A stretch of DNA of 64,000 bases from Carcharhinus amblyrhynchos (GCA_965287045.1 OZ336883.1:62372001-62436000), one strand, 5' to 3'; counted from the stretch's first letter, positions 26,228 to 39,995 are shown. Notes: a model not told the origin generated them from the sequence alone. Made by a program: numbers and translations.

Positions 26228-26368
26228 TCAGCATTGGAGTTGTGTGTTGGCATCAGAATTGCACGTCAGAGTTGTGTGTAGCTGTCAAAATTGTGTGTCA
26301 GCATCAGAGTTGCATGTTGACATCAGTTTTGTGTTGGTGTTGGAATTGAGAGTTGCAATTGCGCATCA
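26228..26368 (+). repeat. Degenerate about 19-bp tandem repeat (CATCAGAGTTGTGTGTCAG-like)
   Basis: About seven imperfect units. Confidence 0.7.
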
Positions 26369-27087
26369 TTATTGCAGATTGACATACAGTACATGAATAG
26401 AAATCCTATTGGCATGAATCTTTGCAAATTCAGACAAAGAATATTGGAAATCCATCTGAAGGTGGTTGAAGTGCCTAGGTAGCCATCTGTGGCACAGGAT
26501 TGAATGCTTTCTACAAAGGGTGAAAAATGCAGAGAAAGAAAATCGTTAGGGCAGCTGAGCAACATGTGCAGAGATATAAGATGTCAAAATGTAATGCAGC
26601 ATTTCATGATTGAAAAGTTACCAAAAGATTTTTCAAAAATGCATTTAGCTGTAAAACTGGAAGAGCTGCAGAGGACAGAAGAAAACGCTTAGCGGTTAAG
26701 ATTTCTGAACCTTACCAAGGAAAATATGGCTTTCTGTGAAGTTTAGGGAAATGTCAGAGGAAGCAAACTTAGAGGCTTCTCTTTAGCTTCTAATCATAGA
26801 GTCATAGCATAATCAAATTATGCAGCTCAGGAAGGAAGCCATTTGGTCTATCATGCTTATGCTGGCTCTTTGAAACAGTCATCTAACAATATATGGTCCC
26901 ATTCCTTGTTCTTTCCCCATAGGCCTGCAATGTTTCCCTTTATGCAGTATTTATTATATATATTTAGTGACATATTGTATTTTGCAAGTTATTTTAGCTA
27001 GAAATTCATCGTGTGGTAAAGTATTTTGACTCATACATTGGTTTTTCCAATTTATTATTGAAATATATGGGAAACCATGATTTATTT

Positions 27088-27383
27088 CATAGAATCCCTA
27101 CAGAGTAGAAGGAGGCCATTCAGCCCATTGAGTCTGCATTGACTACACTCCCACCTATTCCCATAAGCCCACAAAACCCCTGCTAAATCCCTGATACTAG
27201 GATCAATTTACCATTGCAAATCAACCTAACCTGCACATTTTTGGACTGTGGGAGGAAACTGGAATACCTGGAGGAAATGCATGCAGACATGGGGAGAACG
27301 TGCAAACGCCGCACAGTCACCCGAGGCCGGAATTGAACCCGGGTCCCTGACTCTGAGGCAGCAGTGCTAACCACTGTGCCACC
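27088..27383 (-). mobile_element. HE1-like V-SINE
   Basis: A-box TGGCACAGTGG, B-box GGTTCAATTCC, V-domain and tail. Confidence 0.92.
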
Positions 27384-28824
27384 TTTTTAGGAATGCAGCT
27401 ACAATTTTAAGTGAGGACTTATTGTATGTACTATGTGGCTTTTCTGTCTGGTCTTCAGTTTAAAAACACTTTCAGTGTATTGCTCATTTATCAGTCTATT
27501 TTTAATTAGTGGGTGTCTGGAGTATTTTAGTTGGAGTATTCTACTCTGACTTTATTTAGACTTCCTGAATTTCCACAATGTTAGTTCCTTCTAAGAGTTT
27601 GTAGGATTGATAAATCAGTCTTTGTATAAAGCTCACGCTTCGATATTGCCTGCTTAATCAGAATGATGTCCTTGGGGAGGCTTTACACAAGAACAGTGAG
27701 GCAGGAATGACATTGCTTCATCAAACTGAAATCATAAAATCCAGATACTTAAAAAGAAAAGCAAAGAATGTTTGGGAAACTTTTTGCGAAACAAGGCTGA
27801 GTAATAAGAGAAGCCAGTATATGACTGGAACTCTGCTTCCCTTCAAATAACTTTGTGGAAACAATTGCCAACTTTGCTGGTTACATTTCACTTGCTTCAA
27901 CCCAATAAGCAAATCTGAGTATTATGTGTGCAGACTACCTATACCTTTTATTTGTTAAGCTTAGTTTATAATCGGTGCTTCCATATAATGTATTGCTGAG
28001 GAGGGTGTTATATCCACAATATCTATTTTCCAGCAAAGGAAAATTTGCTTCCATGCCTTCTCTAGCTAAAAAAGGAAGCAGGACCTTTCAGACTTCAAAG
28101 TTCTACTGAGTGGTTTACTTATTTACAAATTGGAACTTATTTGGATCATCTGGCAATCAGATTAGCAGATCCTGCTGAAACGTGACTTTCCCTTAGAATT
28201 TATTCTAAACATTTATTTACTGTCAGTTTCTCATTCATTTATCGTTCTTCCAGTCTGAGCTCACTAGCTTTACGACAGCAGCCATACGATTGATTTTCCC
28301 CAGCATTTTATTTCAAATCTATCTTGAATGCAATTTCTATCTGCTCTACACCCAACTTCTTAACATTTACAATGTTCAATAAATGTTCCTGGAAGGCAAG
28401 AAATGATCATGAACTTGTGATGGAAAATTGACAGGTGAGTGAACGTTTGGCAGAAGACTAGATAATTCAAGCGTTTCAATTTTGAAGAGAAACAACCAAG
28501 AATGATGTCTTGGAGGAGTACTGTTGGAATATTATCCGTATGATGGAAAGAAACATACTCAAAATAACAAAACCAAATTTAGACTGATGTGAATTGATGA
28601 AATGTGACTGATTTAGGCACAGAGTGAAAAACATATTGAGTGATCAGGAAGATTATTGGATAGATTTTTAAAAGCAGAAAGTAGTTGAGAGCCAGAGGTG
28701 CTATAGAAGCACTTCAAGTGAGGCAGAGCTAGCTATAGGCTCTGCCAGCATGGGAGTAGAGGAAGCTGGGTACACACAAGGCTAACATCAAAGTAGTGGA
28801 AGACCTTGGTGCTAGGTAGAATAT

Positions 28825-31230
28825 ATGAACATAGGAAATAGGGGAAGGAGTAAACAATACAGTTCCTCAAGCCTGTCCTACCATTCAGTATAATCATGGC
28901 TGATTATTAGCCTTAACTGCACTTTCCCTCCTCCTGATATCCCATGATCCCCAGAGAAGCCAAAATTTGTCTATCGGACCCTTAAGTAGATTCAATGGTA
29001 GAACATCCACAACCATCTGGAGTAAGGCATGGTCCTTTTCACAACCCTTTTAAATGAAGACATTTCTCTTCATCTCAGTCCTAAATAATCAGCACCTTTA
29101 TCTTGAGATTGTGCTCCCGTATTTTAGGTCCCCCATCCAATCAAGTTAATTCAGAATCTTGTATGTTCCAGTGAGACCACCTCTCGTTCTTTTAACTTCC
29201 AGAGGCTACAGTCCCAACTTAGCCTCTTATCCATAAAATACACTTATCCAGAAACCAGTCTAGTGAATCCTGGCTGCACATATATCCTTCCTTGAATATG
29301 GAGATCAGAATTGTATGCAGTACTCCAGGTTTTTTTTAAGTTTATTTATTAGTGTCATAAGTAGGCTTACATTGGCAATGCAATGGAGTTAAAGTGAAAA
29401 TCCCCTATTTGCCACACTCCGGCACCTATTCAGGTACCCTGAGGGAGATTTTAGCGTGGACAATGCATCTAACTAGCAGGTCTTTCGGACTTTTGCTGTA
29501 ATTCCTGTACAATTGTAGCAAGGCTTCCTTATTCTTAGTATTCTAATCCTCTTGCATTAAATCGAAATATGCCATTTAACTTCCTAATGGCTTGCTGTGT
29601 CTGCATGCTACTTTGTCTTCCTAAACAAGTACACCCAAGTCCCTCTGAATGTAAATTCTGTTTTATATTCTTACTTTAGTGAAGTGAAGAACCTCGCACT
29701 TTTCTACATTATATTCCATCTGCCATGTGGTTGCCCTCTCACATAATCAACGTATATCTCTTTGCATCCTCTGTGTCCTGTCAGTTTATATTCCTACATA
29801 GTTTTGTGTCAGCAGCAAATTTGGATACATTACTTTGGTCTCTTCATCTATGCCATTAATATAGATTATAAATAGCTAAGGGTGTAGCACTAATCCCTGT
29901 GGCACTCCACAAGTCATAGCCTGCCAATGTGAAAATGCCTCATTATCCCTATGCCCTGTTTCCTGTCTGTTAACCAATATATTATTCGCAACTCCATAAG
30001 CCCTTTATTCACGCATTAATTTTTTGTGTCGCATCTTATCAAATGTCTTTTGGAAATCCAACTTACAAGTTCCCATTTACCTATCCTAGCTACATCTTCA
30101 AAAAATTCTAATGAATTTGTAAAACATAATTTCCCTTTTGTAAAACCACATTGATTTTGTCTGATAATATTATGATTTTCTAATTGTGTTGTTAAGACTT
30201 CTTTAATAAGAGATTCCATTCTTATCCAACTGGCCAGTAGTTTGTTTCCTCTCTCCTTACATGAATAATGGACCTACATTTGCTAATGTCCAATCCATTG
30301 AATCACGGGAATTTTAGAAAATCGTAATCAGCACATCCCACCAAATCTGAATTATCTATTCTAAAACTGTAGGATGTAGGCCATTAGGCCCTGGGAATTT
30401 GTAGGATTTTTGTCCCATTAGTCTCTTCAATAATTTTCCTCTGCACATATTCATCACCTTAAATTCCTCATTAAGTTTTGCCCTGTGGTTACTCTCTGTT
30501 TCTGGTATATAATGTCTTTTATTATGAAGACATACCAAAATATTTTTTCAATGTCTCTGCTTTTTTCTCATTTCCCGAGATGATTTCTCCTGTCTCTGCC
30601 TCTAAGGGTTCAGTGTTTACCTTGGTTACTCTCCTCCTCCTTGTATACTTGTAAAAGCTCTTGCAATCTGTTTTTATATTCTTGGCTAGTTTACACTCAT
30701 TCAATATTTCCCTTTTTATCAAGTTTTTGGTGGGCTCATGCTGATTTAGGAAGCATCCCAATCCTCAGGCTTGCCACTCTTTGAAAAATTCTATGGTTCT
30801 AATTTTAACCTGCTGTATCCTTATGTCCTTTAGTAAACCATAAATGGATCTTTGCTGAATTTTCAATTTTTAATGGAATATATTTTTGTTAAATGTTTTG
30901 AATTGTTTCTGAGTTAGTATACCGGTTAGTATATTTGCCCAATTAACCTTAAATGGCTCTCCCCACATCTATGGAATTGGCTTTGGTTAGTTTAAGGTTT
31001 TTGTTTCACACTAGAATATGTCATTTAATATGGAATTCAATTGTATTATGATCACTTTTCCCCAGCAAATCATCCACTGCTAGATTACTAAGTAACCCTG
31101 CTACATTGCACTGGATCAAAAATTGTTTTATTCCTAGTTTGTTTGGCAATATATTAAGGAGGAGGCAAGAAAAATTGTAAAACCACTGCTCTAGGTGAAC
31201 CCTGACTACAGCACTGCACACACAATCCTA
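28825..31230 (-). mobile_element. Decayed CR1 LINE (about 2.4 kb) with a SINE fragment inside
   Basis: ORFs 30016-30219, 30356-30538 (PGPNGLHP), 30522-30761 and 31021-31221 (LGKSDHNTIEF). Confidence 0.9.
29338..29491 (-). mobile_element. V-SINE variant 3' part (alternative tail)
   Basis: Reverse complement of the ...GGGGATTTTCAC...AATGTAAGCCTACTT...ACTAATAAATAAACT tail seen at 46920-47018 and 50485-50590. Confidence 0.8.
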
Positions 31231-31587
31231 CTTAAGTATTTTATTTGCTTTGTTAATTGCTGCTCCATAATGACTAACACTAAAATCTACAAATTCACTG
31301 GGACCCTCAACTATTTCAGTACTATATACATATACTTTGTTTTTCTTCTCTAGTGTATTTTACACCTGTCCATATTAAAATTTCTTTGCCACTGTTCAAT
31401 TACATATTTTTGAAACTTGCTTAGTTGTCTTTGGCTTATTTCCAATTTGAATTGGCATTGCTGCAAGTTTGATCAGTTTTTCTGCAATTTATGTATTAAA
31501 TCATTGACTTGAATTTGAAACAAATTTCAGGACACTCATTCTGTAATTCTCCTAATCTCAACAGTCTTTTCCTAGGTAAGTATTTAC

Positions 31588-31813
31588 TTGGAGTTTGCAC
31601 GTTCTCTTTGTGTTGCCTGGATTTCCTCTAGGTGCTCCACTTTCCTCCCACAGCAGGTTAGGTTGATCGGCCATCGTAAATTGCCTGTTAGTGTCAGGGG
31701 GACTAACAGGATAAATGTGTGATGCTATGGGGAAAGGGGCTTGGTGGGATTGTGGCCAGCGCAGACTTAATGGGCTAAATGGCCTCCTTTTGTATTTTAG
31801 GGATTCTGTGATT
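31588..31813 (+). mobile_element. HE1-like V-SINE lacking its head
   Basis: GGAGTTTGCACGTTCTC...TTTCCTCCCACAG...ATGGGCTAAATGGCCTCC. Confidence 0.82.
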
Positions 31814-31859
31814 CACTGCTGCTTACAGTCAATTTCTTATCCATTCCCAGGCTTTTGAT

Positions 31860-32400
31860 ACATCTAGACTTTATTCACTTAAAGCTCTCCTGGATGGCCT
31901 ACCATCTTTCACTCTCTATGAATGTGAGCATACTCAAACTTTTGTTATCCATATTTCATTCCAAGTCCCATTCACCTATCGTCCTTGTGCTTGCTATCCT
32001 GCATTGATCCCAGTCTAGTAACTGCTTAATTTTAAAATCCTCATTCTAATTTTTCAAGTCTCTTCATGGCTTTGCCCTTTCCCATCTCTATTACATTCTC
32101 CAGTTCTGCAATCTTCTCAGATCTCTGCACCCCTCCAATTCTGGCCTCTGCAGCACTCTTGAATATTTAATCCTTCCACCATTGGTAGCCATAGCTCTGC
32201 AGTTCTGTTCCCTAACCTCCCCACCATAACTCTTTCTCTTCCTTTAAGATGCACCTTAAAATCTATTTTTCTTGACTATGCCATTGGTCACCTGTCCTAG
32301 TAGCTCCTAATGTGGCTTGGTGTCAAATTTTGTTTGCCACATTATTACAAGGTACCTTGGGATGTTTTACTGTGTTAAAGGTGCAATATATATAATTCAC
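31860..32400 (+). mobile_element. L2 LINE 3' fragment
   Basis: Decayed ALLDGLP...SPIVLVLAILH*...LNFKILILIFKSLHGFA; L2-type tail CCTTGGGATGTTTTACTGTGTTAAAGGTGCAATATATA. Confidence 0.75.
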
Positions 32401-32544
32401 GTTACTAACTCATGTTATTTTATCTTGGATTCTCACCACTTTAAATAGAAGCCATTTTCAACTGAAACTTGATGGGGTTTTTGAAACTTTGCCATGCTCT
32501 CTAGCTTTTCATAGTCAACTTGGAAGGTCACTACTCCAAAACAA

Positions 32545-34955
32545 AAGACCATAAGACACGAGAGCAGAATTAGGCCACTCGGCCCGTCAAATCTGCTCTG
32601 CCATTCAATCATGGCTGATATTTTTCTCATCCTCATTCTCTTGCCTTTATTAATCAAGAACTTATCTATCTCTGTCTTAAAGACCCTCAATGACCTGGCC
32701 TGCACAGCCTTCTGCGACAAACAGTTCCACAGATCCACCACTCTATGGCTGAAGAAATTCCTCCTCATCTCTGTTTTAAAGAATCATCCCTTTAGTCTGA
32801 GGTTGTGCCTCTGGTTCTAGTTTTTCCTACTAATGGAAACATTCTGTCCATGTCCACTCTATCCAGGCCTTGCTGCATCCTGTAAGTTTTCAGTAAGATC
32901 CTCCATCATCCTTCTAAACTCCAATGAGTACAGACCCAGCGTCCTCAACCGTTTCTCATACGACAAGCTCTTCATTCCAGGGATCATTCTTGTGAAGCTC
33001 CTCTGGACCGTTTCCAAGGCCAGCATAAGTTTCCTTAAGAACGGGGCTCAAAACTGGTCACGTTACTCCAAATGGGGTCTGACCAGAGCCTTATACAGCC
33101 TCAGAAGTACATCCCTGTTCTTGTATTCTAGCCCTCTCGACATGAATGCTAACATTGCATTTGCCTTCCTGACTGCTGAATGAACCTGCACGTTAACCTT
33201 AAGAGAGTCTTGAATAAGGACTCCCAAGTCCCTTTGTGCTTTTGATTTCTTAAGCATTTTCCCATTTAGAAAATAGTCTATGCCTCCATTCCTTCTTCCA
33301 AAACGCGTAATCTTACACTTTTCCACATTGTATTCCATCTGCCATTTCTTTACCCACTCTCCTAGCCTGTCCAAGTCCTTCTGCGGCCTCAATACTACCT
33401 GCCCCTCTATATATCTTTGTATCATCTGCAACCTTAGCAACAGTGCCTTTGGTTCCTTCTTCCAAATCATTAATGTAGTCCCAGCATTGACCCCTGAGGC
33501 ACACTACTAATCACAGGCTGCCATCCTGAAAAGGATCCCTTAATCCCCATTCTCTACCCTTCTGCCAGTCAGCCAATCCTCTATCCATGCCAGGATCTTA
33601 CCCTTAACACCATAGGCTCTTAACATACTTAACAGCGTCCTATGCGGCATCTTGTCAAAGGCCTTCTGGAAATCTAAATAAATAACGTACTCGTTCTCCT
33701 TTATCTAACTTCCTAGTTACCTCCTCAAAGAACTCTAACAGATTTGTTAGGCATGACCTCCCCTCGATGAAGCTGTGCTGACTCAGCCCTATTTTATCAT
33801 GCACTTCCAAGTACTGCACAATCTCATCTTTAATAATGGACCTCAAAATCTTGCCAATGACCAAAGTCAGGTTAACCGGCCAATAATTTCCTGTTTGCTG
33901 CCTCCCTCCCTTCTTAAACAGTAGCGTTACATTAGCTACTTTCCAGCCCTCTGGGACCCTCCCTTGCCTGCACTGATTCTTGAAAGACCACCACCAATGA
34001 TTCCATAATTTCTTCAGCTATCTCTTTTAGAACCCTGGGGAGTAGTCCATCTGGTCCAGGTGATTCACCCATCTTCACACCTTTCAGTTTCCCAGTACCT
34101 TCTCCTTAGTGATGGCCATTGCATTCACCTGTATCCCTTGATTCTCCTGGAGCTCTGGCATCCCACTGGTGTCTTCCACTGTGAACACTGATGCAAAGTA
34201 ACTATTCAGTTCCCCTGCCATTTCTTTGTTTGCTATTATTATTTCTCCAGCCTCATTTTCCAGTGGTCCAATGCCAATTTTTGCCTCTCTCTTACCTTTT
34301 ATATATTGAAAAAGACTCTTCCTAACTTCTTTTATATTGCTAGCTAGCTTACACTCATATTTCATCTTTTCCTCCCCCTTATTGCTTTTAGTCGGCCTCT
34401 GCTCGCTTTTAAAGACTTCCCAATCCTCTGGCTTCCCACTCATCCTCACCACTTTGCATGTTTTTTCTTTTGCTGTTATGCTGTGCTTGACTTCCCTCGT
34501 CAGCCACGGATACCTCATCGTCCCCTCAGTATGTTTCCTTCTCCTTGGAATTTCTTTTGTGCCTTCCGAATAACCTCCAAAAACTGCCATTGCTGTTCCA
34601 CTGTCTTCCCTGCTGGGCTCCCTTTCCAGCTTCTCCCTCATATCTTTGTAGTTAGCTTTATTTAATTGTAATACCATTACATCTGATTACAGCTTCTCCC
34701 ACTCAGACTTCAGGGTAATTCTATCATATTGTGGTCACTGCTCCCTAAGGGTTCCTTCATCTTAAGTTCCCTCATCAAGTCTGCCGCATTAGACATTACC
34801 AAATCCAGAATTACCTGTTGCCTAGTAGCTCCTCCAAAAACCATCTCTTAGATATTCTACAAATTCCTTTTCTTGGGATCCACTACCTATTTGATTTTCC
34901 CAGTCCACCTGCATATTGAAGTCCCCCATGATTATTGTAATATTGCTTTTTTATA
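32545..34955 (-). mobile_element. CR1 LINE fragment (endonuclease end to 3'UTR)
   Basis: ORFs 34084-34677, 33655-33864 (RSCLTNLLEFFEEVT), 33063-33470 and 32433-32768 (RRNFFSHRVVDLWN). Confidence 0.95.
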
Positions 34956-35457
34956 TGCCAATGAAGAAGTTTGCCTATTCAAAACATTCCATTTCTGTTT
35001 GCTGGATTATTAGTTTACAGATAATATCAAACTTGCTGCTTCTAATTCCTATCTCTAACCTACTCATCTTATGCTCTTCCTCATGTACCTTGAACTTACA
35101 AAACTACCATGAATGAAAATGATAAACCATTTTAGGAGTAGTTGTTTCTTTAAAATTGTTTTATGGATCTTAGCTATGAACTGAAAAAATTACCATTGAA
35201 ACACTGAACTGGAAATCAATGTAAATTGGAGAAATGTTTGGTTTTTTTTTTACGATTGTTATATAACCATAGCTTCTAATTTCAATATGAAATCAAGGCT
35301 ATGATGATTTTGATTAACTACGGCTCCAAACTGACTGCAATTTGCACTGGTTCTATGGGACAGTATTTTTCTTCTGCTCCCCAATTCATACATCTTACTA
35401 GTAGGAATATGGTGATAAAATTGTAGTGTATTTCTGTGTAATTCCAATGCTGTTCGT

Positions 35458-36025
35458 TTCATGGAATCATGGAATGATACAGCACAGAAGGAAGCCAATT
35501 GTTCCATCATGCATGAGTTGGCTTTTTGAAAGAGCTTTCTAATTAATCACTCTCCCCTGATCTTTTCCTTGTTCTTTCCCCATAGCCCTGCAAACTGTTT
35601 TACCTTCAAATATTCATCCAATTCTCTTTGCAAGTTATGATTCTGCTTCCATTATTCTGTTGGGCAATGCATGCTATATCATAGTAAGTTACTGCCTAAC
35701 AAAAATCATCTCACCTTTTGTTCCACTGTCAATTATCTTAAATCTCTGTCTTCTGGAACTAACCCTTCTGCCGTTGGAAACGTTTTCCTTTTATAATATC
35801 AAAACGCTTCATGATTTTGAATGCCTCAATTAAATTCCCCCAACTGGCTTCTCTTCTCTAAGGACAACAATCCCAGCTACTCTAGCCTCTCCACATAAGT
35901 AAATCCCTCTTCCCTGGTACCATTTAGTGGAGCCTTTCCAAAGCTATGACATCCTTCTTAAAGTGTGATGCCCAGATTGGACAGAATGCTCCAGCTTGGT
36001 CTTACCCATGATTTATAAAGGGTTT
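35458..36025 (-). mobile_element. Decayed CR1 3' end
   Basis: CATGGAATCATGGAAT tail and CR1-like 3' sequence. Confidence 0.75.
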
Positions 36026-36160
36026 AATGTTGACTATTTAACAATACACAAAAATATTAAAATATATGAAAGTAGACAACAATCATTTATGTTATTTTAG
36101 TAGAAAAATGCGTAGCATATCATGAGAATTTTAATTGATTATTTCCCTCTTTAATTTCAG

Positions 36161-36237
36161 AGTTACAAAGCATTCCTACTGTGAATGCACAGTGGCGTAA
36201 AGATTCCTTCCAGTTACTGCAGACTTCATCTGAATAA
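36161..36237 (+). CDS. Candidate terminal coding exon, (E)LQSIPTVNAQWRKDSFQLLQTSSE*
   Basis: Acceptor ATTTCCCTCTTTAATTTCAG; phase-compatible with 17473-17533 (G|AG = Glu); TAA at 36235-36237; AT-rich TE-free downstream region with several AATAAA. Confidence 0.5.
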
Positions 36238-36989
36238 GGCTAGTTCGCCGAGTCCAGAATAGGGACGCTCCCTTGCCCACAATAATTCAGCATTACATTG
36301 GTGTGTCAGGCATTCCCGTAACTCCTGATAGTTTTAGTTAAGTACTAGAATTGAATAAATTCTGATGTGAAAAGCCTGTGAATTATTTCCATATGTCTCT
36401 TTAATTGTTGTGTCTCTGAATGGGTGACTTTTAATTGAACTATTTGCTTTCCTTCTGCTGTGCAAAGTGAGGCTGCACTTAAAAGAATAGTTGATTCACA
36501 GCAACTAAATTTCGTAAAGAGTGAACGTAAGCTCAGCTGCATTTTGGTGAATAAAACTATTGCTGAACTATTATTAGCTACCAATTTGTTCTTTTTAAAA
36601 AATATTTTTAAAAGCAGAATAAAAATATATCTGTCTCCAGAAACATTATCAAAATTTAAATGCAAATTGACAAACAATGTAAAAGGTCAAATATGTAAAC
36701 TGAATCAGAATACTTCTTCCTTTGCTGGCTTTGTCAGAGGAATAATAAACTCCTTCAATTAGTATAGAGCTCATTTCTGAAGGAGCCTTATTAAGCCTGA
36801 ATGATGGAAATGAGCACTGTTTTAAGCTATAACTGGTGGCCTTGGCCACTTACAGTGTGAGAATTCAATCAGCTGGGGTCTATTAATTCCTCCAGTTATT
36901 AATTATCTGAAGGCTTGGCTAACCTATCGACACCATTTTTTTTCTTAATGAGGATGAGGAGATGGAAGAGTAACTACATCAAAAACAAA

Positions 36990-37417
36990 GGTCTGGATTT
37001 TCACCATTGCTGTCTGCGCATGCACCAATCTGTCAGCACTGAAATTGGCACATGTGCAATAACTCCATGTTGCCAGCCTCCCGATCAACCCCACATCACT
37101 GCCCCTCAGACTTTCCCACCCGCCAATTGCTGCCCCTCAGACCCCCTCCACCTCCCCCAGTCGTTGGTCTCCCGGACCCTTCTGGGCCAGTGCCGATATG
37201 TCATGTTAGTTCCGGGCCCACTAGTGACATTTAAATACCGATTTAAATATTGAAATCAGCTGTGTGCTGGAAATTGGAATAACTGATGACTCCAAAAAAC
37301 TTGGAGCCAGAGATGTGCAGAGGCCATTGCACCCAACAGAGAGTCTGCTAAACGGCTGATGTTTCCTGGCCCACCGCACTGCTAGAGCAGTGCAGTGGAC
37401 TGGGAGAATCGTCCCCA
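36990..37417. mobile_element. GC-rich non-autonomous DNA transposon (Harbinger-like)
   Basis: Ends GGTCTGGATTTTCAC and GGGAGAATCGTCCC form imperfect TIRs like the other GGG...CCC elements here. Confidence 0.45.
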
Positions 37418-37574
37418 TTGTCTCTCGGTTCTTGTTTTGCTTTTCCTTCCTGAATAGTTTGTTTGTCAGTGACTGGGAAGTTCTTAGAAGGCATAATTGA
37501 ATTATTTATTTGGACATGCATGGGATAAAAAAAAAACTGCCACCACTTCCTCTTATCCCTGCATGTCCCCGCAA

Positions 37575-37757
37575 ACACAAACTCAATTTATTATTGTAAA
37601 TTATTATTTTGTAAATTGAGTTTGTGTGTTTATATGCCCTGTTTGTGAATAGAACTCCCACTCACTTGATAAAGGGACAGCGCTCCAAAAGCTAGTGGCT
37701 TTTACTACCAAATAAACCTGTTGGACCTTAACCTGGTGTTGTGAGATTTCTTACCAA
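37575..37757 (+). mobile_element. Penelope pLTR fragment with inverted 5' piece
   Basis: Matches 61705-61850; 16-bp perfect inverted repeat 37575-37590 / 37612-37627; hammerhead core mutated. Confidence 0.8.
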
Positions 37758-38013
37758 GTTTTAAGGGCGTATAGCAGAGCAACTTAATCTCACTCCAGCT
37801 ACCCTTCTGCTGAAGGAGTTCCTCGGGCACCGATAGGGATGAGAACCAACAGTTGAACATCCTAGGGCTATCCACCCAGTTGACTCTAGGAAAGTTCCAC
37901 TCGTCCAACTCGCATCTTCCTGTTCCAGCTCACAAGCCGCATTAGAGTTCACCAGCTCCACAGCAGGATAGCCAAAGCAGGCCAGGACCCTCAAGGCCTC
38001 ATGTTTACTGAAT

Positions 38014-38211
38014 GGGGGAATTCTTCAGCCATTCGTGCCAGTAGGATTCTCTGTTCCTGCCAGTGATGCATCCCCTGCCATGGGTTTCCCGCTGTGTTGG
38101 GTGTCTTCGTTGGGAATTTTCCATTGACAGTGGCAGGCTCAGAAAATCTTACTGCCAGCAAATGGTGCACTGCCCAGAAAAACGCTGAAAGGAGGCTGGA
38201 GAACCTTGCCC
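38014..38211. mobile_element. Short MITE-like repeat (same family as 9200)
   Basis: GGGGAATTCTTCAGCC...CCATTGACAGTGGCAGG...GGCTGGAGAACCTTGCCC. Confidence 0.6.
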
Positions 38212-39516
38212 AATATCTTTCTTCCTGCGTAATAAGACTAGGAACTACCCATAAAGAACACACAAAAATAAACTTCTCACCTATCAGATAATTATTTTTA
38301 CTGGTTAACAAACAAGCAAGTTCTACATTCAGTACTCAAAAAATGTTAATCTGCTCTGTTTAATTTCAGTGTGTGTGCCAATGGCAAAATGTTTGCTTTG
38401 CCTTTTTTTCTGCACAGCTCACTGCTCTTGTGGCTAGTTTACATTGAACTGCTCCCCTTTGAATCTGATTGCATGTGAGCAAATCATGACATTGAACTTT
38501 CACAGCCTTTCTATTTTCAAATACTGAGTATGAATCAAAATGTTGAATGCTATCTTTTGTCATGCTCAAAAGTTTATATCGAGAGTTGGCAATCTGAAAT
38601 TTTGAAATTGTAGAGTCAGCAAAGAGTGTAGAACATTAAACAAACAGATGTGATCAGTTAATAACATTAGTGTACATTTATCAATTAACAAGCACCACCA
38701 AAAGATAGGTCTGTGTCTGCATACTCTTTATGGATAGCCCATGCCTTGTTGTGCCATGAAAAAAGATACCATGTGGACATGCGATAATTCTTGATGCTCT
38801 CAATTCTGGGGAGAAGTGGAAGAAACAGGGTAAATCATCCCAAAAATTCTCCTGGATCTCTTGAGTCTTAGATTTTAGACAGACATGGGTAGTAAAGATT
38901 TGTGAATATGATAGCTTTCAGCTAACTATAAATTAAGAAAGGGCAAAGTGATTTACTGAATCATATTATTTTGCTCTCATTAACTGTTACGTTCTACCAC
39001 GTTCATCACATAAATTGTAGTTAATGTCTCAATTGATTGCTGTGCTGAAGTCATTATTTTCTGGCTTTCCACCAAAACATCAGTACTTAAGTCAGGAAAG
39101 GGCAAAAGTCTGCATTTTAGAATCTCCCCGATCATAATCAAAAGTTTCACAGAAGTATTTTCCACAAAATTCCGTTCCTAATATTTCAGTGTGAATTTCT
39201 ACTCTCAACTTTTGTCAACAGTCAGAGAGAATTGAAATGAAGAACTTATTCATTTTTCAATAAAATGATCCTCCCTTGTATTATTAAACTGAAATGGGTC
39301 AAGTTCTCTAAGGCAGCATAATTCTCACCAAAGGATTTGAAATTAGTCAAGAGCAACTTCTATTCAAAAATTTGACTTTATATCTGACGTGTAAAATGTA
39401 GCTGGTTCTTATTAGAGAGATGAGCTTATTTTATACACGCTCTTGATTCACGTTCTTTGTCGTATCTAGCATCTTTCATGTCCTTCTGCTGACTTAAGGT
39501 GGTAAAGTTGTCATTT

Positions 39517-39995
39517 TTATAGAATTACAGAACGCCTAGTGCAGAAGGAGGCCATTTGGCCCATCGAGCGTGCACCAACAACAATCCCACCCAGGGCCTA
39601 TTCCTGTAACCCCACATATTTACCCTGCTAATTCCCCTGACACTAAGGGGCAATTTGCATGGCCAATCAATCTAATCCACACATTTTATGTAGGTAAATA
39701 TGGCAACAATTTGCATATAGTTTGGTCCCATAAACACGATTGAGATAAATAATCAGTTAACCTCTTCTTGTATAGTAGAGAGATAAATATAAGTTGAGAG
39801 ATAAACTTTGGCTCCCTGATCATCTTTAAATCTATTGTTCTGGTGCAGCTCAGACCTTGGTTTAACATCTCATTTGAACATCAGTATTTTTAATAATGTA
39901 GGATTCATTCAGTGCTACACTGAATTGTTAGCCTAGATTATATGCTGTAGGCCTCGAGCTGGGCATGAATTCACAAGCTTCTCCTTCACTGCTGC
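39517..39995 (-). mobile_element. HE1 SINE 3' half (39517-39684) abutting a decayed DeuSINE
   Basis: HE1 tail, then CCTTGGTTTAACATCTCATTTGAA...TTAGCCTAGATTATATGCT...GGGCATGAATTCAC. Confidence 0.7.

Noticed and set aside
26228-26368. Periodic repeats as a possible CRISPR-like array
   Set aside because: Degenerate tandem units without unique spacers, in a vertebrate context
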